A stretch of 64,000 nucleotides of DNA from the sequence record NC_048170.1; one strand, 5' to 3'. This document shows positions 57,597-64,000 of the stretch, piece by piece. The notes under the pieces were generated by a model. It was not told where the DNA came from and did not search any database. It saw only the letters and a program-made list of their open reading frames with translations. Both the position numbers and the translations under genes were made by a program. This stretch comes from Escherichia phage vB_EcoM_Goslar. Within the stretch, counting starts at the first letter, position 1. Each line of letters starts with the position of its first letter.

Positions 57597-59765
57597 TTAG
57601 CTTTCGCAGTCATCTGCGTCGATGATTTGTCCGCCAGCAACGTTCAGCTGATGATACAGAATCCTCAACGCACGGTTGCCACCAATGGGATACTTCTCGA
57701 AGTTGGTTGCAATAGGAATCGCTGACGGCTTATCGGTCGCATAGATACTTTCAGTGATGCTATCCACCTGTTTTGGATTGTTCGCATAATCCATAAAGAC
57801 GCTTGCGAACCATCCGCCAGCAAAGGCGGTAACTTCGCGATGTTCAGATTCGCCACAGTAACGAGTTGGTTGCTCTTTACCCGGAGAACTGTATTTATCG
57901 CTATTACTGAGTTTCGACGGTAATCCATGCGCTTGCAATTTAGGAATACCCACAGCCGACCAATCGTTCGCCGTCTTCTCCAACATCATGATGTACGTGT
58001 CACCGATCGCAATATCGTTCTTGGTTGTCCGCCACTGCCCAGAACGCCCACGGTATCGTACAGGACCTTTCTTCAACGGGAACTCACGAATCAGATTCTC
58101 CATACGTTCTGAACCTGCTGCGATACTGTCCGTCGGGATATAAACTTCCGTACCGTGGCGTTGTACATACCGTAAATGATCCCATTTATCCTCATCCGTG
58201 ATACAGTATTTTTCAACAACCTGTTCCACGAATTCAGGACTGACGATATAGTAGTAACGCATTAGTGTGTTCCAAGCGGTCTCCAGATCGCCTGCATCCA
58301 TCACTGGTTTCAGTTCACGCATGATCTGATCGCCAACACCGTTGATGTAAGGTGCATTAACACGACTTAAACTCATCCTTTTGATTACCGTGCTATCGTC
58401 AAACATAAAGTCTGCAACGTTACCCCATTGGTCAACCGGCATCTCATCATCTTCCATGATGTCGGTTACGACGAATTTATCACCCGCCATACCAGTGAAT
58501 TTAAACCCGATACCTGGAACAACGTCGTACGTGTACGTGATGGTCACACGCCAATCATCGAGATTCTCTTTGCGGTAATCGCGGGTCGGTAACACATGAC
58601 GTAGCTGTCCATTAGGATTGCGGATATCAATACCATGTTCAGCATCAGCCAGGTTCAACCACCACATCACCGTTTGATGATGACGTATCGGCGTACCAAC
58701 GCGTTCACGTTCATACTTACGAACAGCATCCTGAATTCGGGTGTAAAGCAAACCGATTGCGTTCTCGTATTTCAGGAATTGACGATACGGAGGACGCATC
58801 TTCTCTTCCATCATAATCGCACGCTCGCGGGCTTGACGTCCAGAACGACGATGCCGGTCGCTGACAACATCGATATCCGTTACACGCGCATTCGGTTCAG
58901 CGTAAGTGAGGTCATCGTAAACATAATCCACACGCTGAAGATTACACGTCATCATGTCAACAACGCTGAGGATAGGATCTATTTCGCGTGTTGCTGCAAG
59001 TAACCCATCTTTACGAATACGCTCACCGTTCTCGGGTATTGCTTGATATACCTCATCATCGCCGTAGAGATTGATTGGGTATCGCGATTTACCTGATGTG
59101 ATTGTTCGCTTCTCAATGCCGGTACTGGTGAAATGTTTCAATACACCACGACGGGCAACACCACCATCCTCGATACACTGATAGAAGCTACCGAAACACA
59201 CTTTACAATCGCGACCGTAACCCCACTCGCGTGTTTCTTGATTGATCGCTGGGCTTTCCATCAAACGAGAATATCGCGGTACGATCTGGCCTCGACGGAG
59301 GGAATGGAACAAGTTGGTTGGTCGAAAACGGAAACCGTACTGCTGATGCATGATGTGATGCTCAGGCACTTCAAGCAAGCGTAGTTCGTGGCGGTTACCA
59401 TCCTCTTGGTTTTCATACAGCACGTAATGCATCGTGTTTGTTTTGATGCTGTTTGCTGTATGCCCCGGTTGGAAACGTGGGATGATATCTATGATGCGAG
59501 ATTCGACTGGAAACTCTACTGACCAAGTGTTCTGTCCGTACTGGTATTCAATCCCCGTCGTTAGTCGGGACGGTTTCGCATCTTTGATAACCAACGCTTG
59601 GCTAAGATGTCCACCAAACATCGCAGCGCGCTGTGCTGAGTTATAATGCAATAGCCCGTTAAGTCCAGTCCCTACGCCAGTATACTCCTGTTTAATGGGA
59701 ATGATTTTACCTTCAGCGATTGCCTGCTTCACAGATTCATAAAGAGGTTTTTCTTTATAATGCAT
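57597..59765 (-). CDS. multisubunit RNA polymerase beta-like protein (C-terminal half homolog)
   Basis: FKFTGMAGDKFVVTDIMEDDEMPVDQWGNVADFMFDDSTVIKRMSLSRV parallels E. coli beta [47 protein letters not shown]; also YIMMLEK versus YMYMLKL and a C-terminal segment parallel to GQRFGEMEVWALEAYGA; start placed at ATG 59765 preceded by AGGAAG (ORF track 57597..59930). Confidence 0.6.
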   Translation of the reverse strand: MHYKEKPLYESVKQAIAEGKIIPIKQEYTGVGTGLNGLLHYNSAQRAAMFGGHLSQALVIKDAKPSRLTTGIEYQYGQNTWSVEFPVESRIIDIIPRFQPGHTANSIKTNTMHYVLYENQEDGNRHELRLLEVPEHHIMHQQYGFRFRPTNLFHSLRRGQIVPRYSRLMESPAINQETREWGYGRDCKVCFGSFYQCIEDGGVARRGVLKHFTSTGIEKRTITSGKSRYPINLYGDDEVYQAIPENGERIRKDGLLAATREIDPILSVVDMMTCNLQRVDYVYDDLTYAEPNARVTDIDVVSDRHRRSGRQARERAIMMEEKMRPPYRQFLKYENAIGLLYTRIQDAVRKYERERVGTPIRHHQTVMWWLNLADAEHGIDIRNPNGQLRHVLPTRDYRKENLDDWRVTITYTYDVVPGIGFKFTGMAGDKFVVTDIMEDDEMPVDQWGNVADFMFDDSTVIKRMSLSRVNAPYINGVGDQIMRELKPVMDAGDLETAWNTLMRYYYIVSPEFVEQVVEKYCITDEDKWDHLRYVQRHGTEVYIPTDSIAAGSERMENLIREFPLKKGPVRYRGRSGQWRTTKNDIAIGDTYIMMLEKTANDWSAVGIPKLQAHGLPSKLSNSDKYSSPGKEQPTRYCGESEHREVTAFAGGWFASVFMDYANNPKQVDSITESIYATDKPSAIPIATNFEKYPIGGNRALRILYHQLNVAGGQIIDADDCES

Positions 59766-59796
59766 AGGACTTCCTATTATCGAATTGAGGTACGTC

Positions 59797-60150
59797 ATGT
59801 CTAACACGCCCCTGAACGACTTTCTTAAGACAAACCCCGATGACCTCATCCACGATCTTGATTTCAGGAACGTTGTTGAGATGCATCTGGAATATTTCAA
59901 AAATGCCGGACTGGTCTCTACGATAGACATACCACCCGAACGCGCCTACGAATTCGATGGTAACTTTTATGGATTGTGTCGTGTTCTGCTCGGCGAGGGT
60001 AGCGAACCAATGCACTGGATCACCCTGAGACTCAATGGTTATCGCGACCCTACGGAATACACCGCCGATGTTCTAACCATGAAGATTGTCGATACAAGCG
60101 CAATCAACACATTAAAACAACAGTACCGCACAATCCACTACAGCGCTTAA
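59797..60150 (+). CDS. hypothetical protein (117 aa), lone plus-strand gene
   Basis: ORF track 59785..60150; ATG 59797 preceded by GAGG; followed by hairpin. Confidence 0.4.
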   Translation: MSNTPLNDFLKTNPDDLIHDLDFRNVVEMHLEYFKNAGLVSTIDIPPERAYEFDGNFYGLCRVLLGEGSEPMHWITLRLNGYRDPTEYTADVLTMKIVDTSAINTLKQQYRTIHYSA

Positions 60151-60155
60151 GATAA

Positions 60156-60190
60156 CCCTCCCGCAACGTAAGGCGTAGGGAGGGCATTTA
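60156..60190 (+). terminator. hairpin CCCTCCC-15 nt loop-GGGAGGG then cattt, between convergent genes
   Basis: Inverted repeat read directly. Confidence 0.45.
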
Positions 60191-60215
60191 TGCCGTCGTT
60201 CGATGACTTAATACA

Positions 60216-61496
60216 TCAGAAACGATTTACAGTACGTCCTGTCCACGCGCTCAGGATGTTGTTACGTTCCATCTCAGCACGACGACGTAAACCGTTTGGC
60301 GACTGCGGTGCTGGCGGCATCCCCCATCCGGCAGGTTGCATGCCCATGCCCGGCCAAGCAGCATTATTGAACATCGTACCGTTACGTTCCGCAACACGGT
60401 TCATCAACGCATCAAACGTGCTATTACCTGCCGGTTGGTTACCACCACTTTCCCACTGATTAGGTTGGACAGGTGCGGTTTTACCTAACAGGTTATCGAT
60501 CACACTGCCTGTTGCAGCAGGACGCGGTTGCATACCTTCATGTGCGGCTGCCGATGGATTTGGCTTAACCGTCGGCTGTGGACGACTGTTCAGCGTTACA
60601 CCCATGTTGTATTTCGCTGGCGGAATCTGACCACGATGCTGATTAATCGGTTCAAAATCCTCGACCCAGGTAACATCGCAATAACCGTTCTCTTTACCGT
60701 CGTACTTATCACCAAACAGTTTGATGAGATTGTTCAGCGGTTCCATCAGCTTAGCGAAGCTGTGGATAAGACAGTCGAAATACGGAGCATGGGGATCGCT
60801 TGACCCAGCGTTGTACGTTTCGCTTACTTCACCCGCGTGCGGGATAACATACTCAACCAGGTTTCTCAGCATGTTAAGATCTTTCTTGGAAATCTCAACA
60901 CCACACCAATACGTTTTCTTATCTTTCGTGCTGATGTGTTCTTCTTCCATGAACGGGAAAGTAACGACCGCAACGCGGGTCATCTTCTTACCCATGTAGG
61001 TTGCACCAGTACGACGAAGATAAATTTTGGACAGCGTATACGGCGTATCACGTTTCAGCCAAACGGTGACCAGTTTGCCCAGGGTCGTTAGTGTTTTATC
61101 GCTGGCGTCCGCAAGGATGTTGAAGAACTCTTTTTGCTTCGGCCCGAAACGTTTTGCTTCTTTAGGATTGATTGCGGTTTCAACCATCCAAATCAGCATG
61201 GAGCATAGCGTGGCATTAAAACGAACAACCATCGCACGACGCAGGAACTGAAGGACTTCCGATTCGCCGTTCATCACGTCTTCACTTAGCGGATGGAACA
61301 ACACGCGTTCAGCTAACTGATTTCCGGTACGAACTTCAGAAACCGGCATCAACAACGGCATGCTTTCCACGGTAGCGGCAACTGCAACAACTTTACCATC
61401 CCCATCCGTAAAACGATATTCTAATTCGTGGGCGTCATTCTCAAAATAGTTAACGCTCTGTAGTGCTTTGCGATAAGCTTCGATAAGCTTCGACAT
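60216..61496 (-). CDS. hypothetical protein (426 aa) with Pro/Gly/Gln-rich C-terminal region
   Basis: ORF track. Confidence 0.5.
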   Translation of the reverse strand: MSKLIEAYRKALQSVNYFENDAHELEYRFTDGDGKVVAVAATVESMPLLMPVSEVRTGNQLAERVLFHPLSEDVMNGESEVLQFLRRAMVVRFNATLCSMLIWMVETAINPKEAKRFGPKQKEFFNILADASDKTLTTLGKLVTVWLKRDTPYTLSKIYLRRTGATYMGKKMTRVAVVTFPFMEEEHISTKDKKTYWCGVEISKKDLNMLRNLVEYVIPHAGEVSETYNAGSSDPHAPYFDCLIHSFAKLMEPLNNLIKLFGDKYDGKENGYCDVTWVEDFEPINQHRGQIPPAKYNMGVTLNSRPQPTVKPNPSAAAHEGMQPRPAATGSVIDNLLGKTAPVQPNQWESGGNQPAGNSTFDALMNRVAERNGTMFNNAAWPGMGMQPAGWGMPPAPQSPNGLRRRAEMERNNILSAWTGRTVNRF

Positions 61497-61551
61497 ATTG
61501 TATTTCCTTTTCTTTACGTCAACGGTCCCCCTACAACAGGGGACCTATGGA

Positions 61552-63138
61552 TTAGAAGTTGCCTTTGGTAGTTACCGCATCCACCAGGTTAAACAAATCA
61601 ACACTCAGCTTATACACCTCCTGCTGGCTACGGTTGAGCAGCGGGCTGTATGCGGATGGGTTGATGTTCGGCATGGTGTACGGAATAGGTGCAGAGCCGT
61701 CAACGCTGATCTTGAACTGGCTGTCCAGGAACAGGTTAATCGCGCCGCTCACCATAACCGCATTCGGGTTGTTACCCAACATGGAGGGTAGGATATTGGT
61801 AATCATGTCAGAACGCATTTGTTCAGCAGCACGGTTACAATCGTATCCTTTAATGAACGGTACAGCGTCGGTAACCGCAACCGCCCACTGACCAGGCATG
61901 ATACCGAGTTCTGGGTGACCATGGTTGTCAGCAATGAAACGGAACGACTCCAACATGCGATACGTCATCGCAGCAGGCATCATCGCAGCAAGCGATGAGC
62001 AATACAGCGTTGGATAATCGATCACGTCCCAGCTCTGGCTGTCGGTCGGCATCCAACCAAACTCGGTGGTTGCTGATGTACCACGACGAGCTTCCACATA
62101 CGGGAATAACGTTAAGACGTCACGGATATGTTCACCGAACATCCGTTTCATGTCAGCCCAACTCAGGCTGCCGCTGAAAGCGAATCCTTCATCACGCATA
62201 ATCGCACCGAATACCGGATGTGCAACCAGCGGTTCTTCACGAACAGCTTGAGCGGCTTCTACGTAAATATCCTCGTTCTCTGCGCTACCTGGATGAGACC
62301 CGCTTTCGTACGTCTGACGAATAGCCCCAACATTATCGAAGGCTTTTCTCAGATAGATGGTTGGGATGTTCGTATCGGCACTAGCTGGTTTGATTTTCTC
62401 TGTTGCGAAACACATTGCTGCTTCCACACCACGGAAAACCGGTTCCGGTTGCGGTGGGTAGGATGTACGATGAACCACGTCAGCGTAGGCGGGATCGAAC
62501 TGCTGCATTACGTTCTGCATGGCTGGGTCCATGAACTGGTTATCAAAACCACCATTGCCCACCCAACGTGCTGTCGATGCATAAGTCAGCGTATCCTGAA
62601 CACGAGTACTGAACTGAACATCGCGATTAACAGGGTCGTACGCACCGGTCAAAAGGTTCGTTGCGTCCATCGGGGTCGCGCGAACGATTTGCTTACCGAA
62701 CATGTCCGTTGTGGTTGTTTCGGTTACCTGGATTACGTTCGTGAAGAAGAACACCAGTTCATTCGGCAGATCGATAGCACGCGTTGTAAACGCATCGAGG
62801 CTTACAGAATGGTCGGTGTATCCAGAAATGTAATGGACACGCTTGGTTCCTGGTGCAAGGGCCAAGGATTCTTCTACAGCCATCATGAAATGGAAACGAC
62901 GTGTGCCCCAACCATTCGCAATCTCCGAAACCCCCTCAGGTTCTGCAGACTGCTGCAACAAACCGGTTGCAAGCTTATTGATTGCTGATGGTGTTGTTGC
63001 CGTACCGAACCGCGTCGTGTTAATAAAGTCTTCGATGCTACGCATGCTATCTGCGTGGAATCGTAGTGGACGACGTTGTACGTTGTTGTACGGTGCGGTT
63101 TCAACCATCAGTATTTCACGAACATTCATCGGGATCAT
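61552..63138 (-). CDS. hypothetical protein (528 aa)
   Basis: ORF track; long uninterrupted ORF. Confidence 0.5.
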   Translation of the reverse strand: MIPMNVREILMVETAPYNNVQRRPLRFHADSMRSIEDFINTTRFGTATTPSAINKLATGLLQQSAEPEGVSEIANGWGTRRFHFMMAVEESLALAPGTKRVHYISGYTDHSVSLDAFTTRAIDLPNELVFFFTNVIQVTETTTTDMFGKQIVRATPMDATNLLTGAYDPVNRDVQFSTRVQDTLTYASTARWVGNGGFDNQFMDPAMQNVMQQFDPAYADVVHRTSYPPQPEPVFRGVEAAMCFATEKIKPASADTNIPTIYLRKAFDNVGAIRQTYESGSHPGSAENEDIYVEAAQAVREEPLVAHPVFGAIMRDEGFAFSGSLSWADMKRMFGEHIRDVLTLFPYVEARRGTSATTEFGWMPTDSQSWDVIDYPTLYCSSLAAMMPAAMTYRMLESFRFIADNHGHPELGIMPGQWAVAVTDAVPFIKGYDCNRAAEQMRSDMITNILPSMLGNNPNAVMVSGAINLFLDSQFKISVDGSAPIPYTMPNINPSAYSPLLNRSQQEVYKLSVDLFNLVDAVTTKGNF

Positions 63139-63139
63139 T

Positions 63140-64000
63140 TTATTTTTTTCCTCTTAAATTTACTACGTGTTCATTTAATCGAACAACTAATTGCACAAGC
63201 TGCTGACGGATATCTGCTGGACAAAGCATCAATCCTTTACGGTCAGCTGGGACTTTCTCAAGGATTTCCGGGCCTGCTGCTGAAACATCCCAGTCCCATT
63301 CACAAAACGCATCGGCCACCATGTTAATACCGACAACCGGTAAAGTTGTACGTTCATCTTCATACATGGCGTGTGGATACAATTTATTGACAGTAATGAT
63401 CTCCTGTGGTTTTAATTGGTGGATAATCTGATAAACATCGTCGCGTTTAACCTGGATACCTACGGTCAGCGCTGCCAGTTGAGGAAAACCCCAATGGTCT
63501 AATAAGCAAGCTGCAATCGCTAACGCTTTTGCTTGATGCACGGCTTCAATCGGTGCCAGACTTCTCGCCGGAAGATGGCTATCAAGCAACCATTGTGCCA
63601 GTGCTCGGCATCCGCGGTTGATTGGTTTTAACTCAACGGTGTCATCATGTTTAGCGTACGTGTATCCGTCGTAACGTTTTGCGATACGCGCATACATGTC
63701 TTCAACTTTACCGTAAGGTGCTGTTTCGTCGACGTCGTGTAACACACGTTCCATCTGGGTAAGATACGCGATGTCAAGAATGAGTACACGCGGTGAACGT
63801 TTATCTTTCACCATCAACGCATCAATCACGCCTTGACTGTCTTCATCTTGCGCGTTCCCTCGTGGGGTTTTCTCACGAATCGGTCCGCTGAAACGTCGTT
63901 CCGTACAAAGGTTATTCACGTAGCTAAAGATCAGTGTTACCAGATGCGTACAACTCACCAACACCCCATCTTTAACGACAGGCTGTACGGCTTGGTCCAA
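63140..64000 (-). CDS. hypothetical protein, partial (5' end beyond window)
   Basis: ORF runs to window edge; first codon in window is TTG, so true start lies outside. Confidence 0.45.
   Translation of the reverse strand: MDQAVQPVVKDGVLVSCTHLVTLIFSYVNNLCTERRFSGPIREKTPRGNAQDEDSQGVIDALMVKDKRSPRVLILDIAYLTQMERVLHDVDETAPYGKVEDMYARIAKRYDGYTYAKHDDTVELKPINRGCRALAQWLLDSHLPARSLAPIEAVHQAKALAIAACLLDHWGFPQLAALTVGIQVKRDDVYQIIHQLKPQEIITVNKLYPHAMYEDERTTLPVVGINMVADAFCEWDWDVSAAGPEILEKVPADRKGLMLCPADIRQQLVQLVVRLNEHVVNLRGKK

Noticed and set aside
60216-63138. Assigning 60216..61496 and 61552..63138 as the N-terminal RNAP fragments or as capsid proteins
   Set aside because: Neither shows the RNAP N-terminal motifs I looked for (NADFDGD, GPGG...ETPEG) or anything I could match to capsid proteins from memory; left as hypothetical

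Overview
This window reads as a densely packed segment of a large virulent tailed phage (Caudoviricetes), with roughly 95 genes, nearly all on the minus strand, and no integrase, transposase, rRNA, tRNA or CRISPR array found by eye. All calls rest on hand translation and motif recognition from memory; no database search was run. Left end (1-12 kb): a tail fiber / receptor-binding module, including a 1324-aa fiber with a P2 gpH-like N-terminus, tandem 40-aa repeats and a glycine-rich C-terminus, a tail fiber assembly chaperone, a lipoprotein and a 1198-aa structural protein. 14.5-16.3 kb: a SleB-like cell wall hydrolase with signal peptide next to three small membrane proteins (possible lysis cassette). 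20-37 kb: SAM-methyltransferase-like and GNAT genes, six tandem paralogous HTH-like genes, NAD-dependent DNA ligase, many small ORFs, and thymidylate synthase with two insertions. 38-53.5 kb: DEDDh exonuclease-domain protein, metallophosphoesterase, HD-domain protein, a plus-strand island (SNF2-like helicase plus a third receptor-binding paralog with DUF285-like repeats), and a second SF2 helicase. 53.5-59.8 kb: two proteins that match the C-terminal halves of multisubunit RNA polymerase beta-prime and beta, as in split-RNAP jumbo phages. Most worth a second look: a multi-RBP system sharing one N-terminal module, the six-gene HTH array, a family of four small basic proteins with a K-K-G-P-G-K-G-K motif, a 20-nt motif repeated upstream of two genes, and a family of CCCTCCC/GGGAGGG intergenic hairpins.
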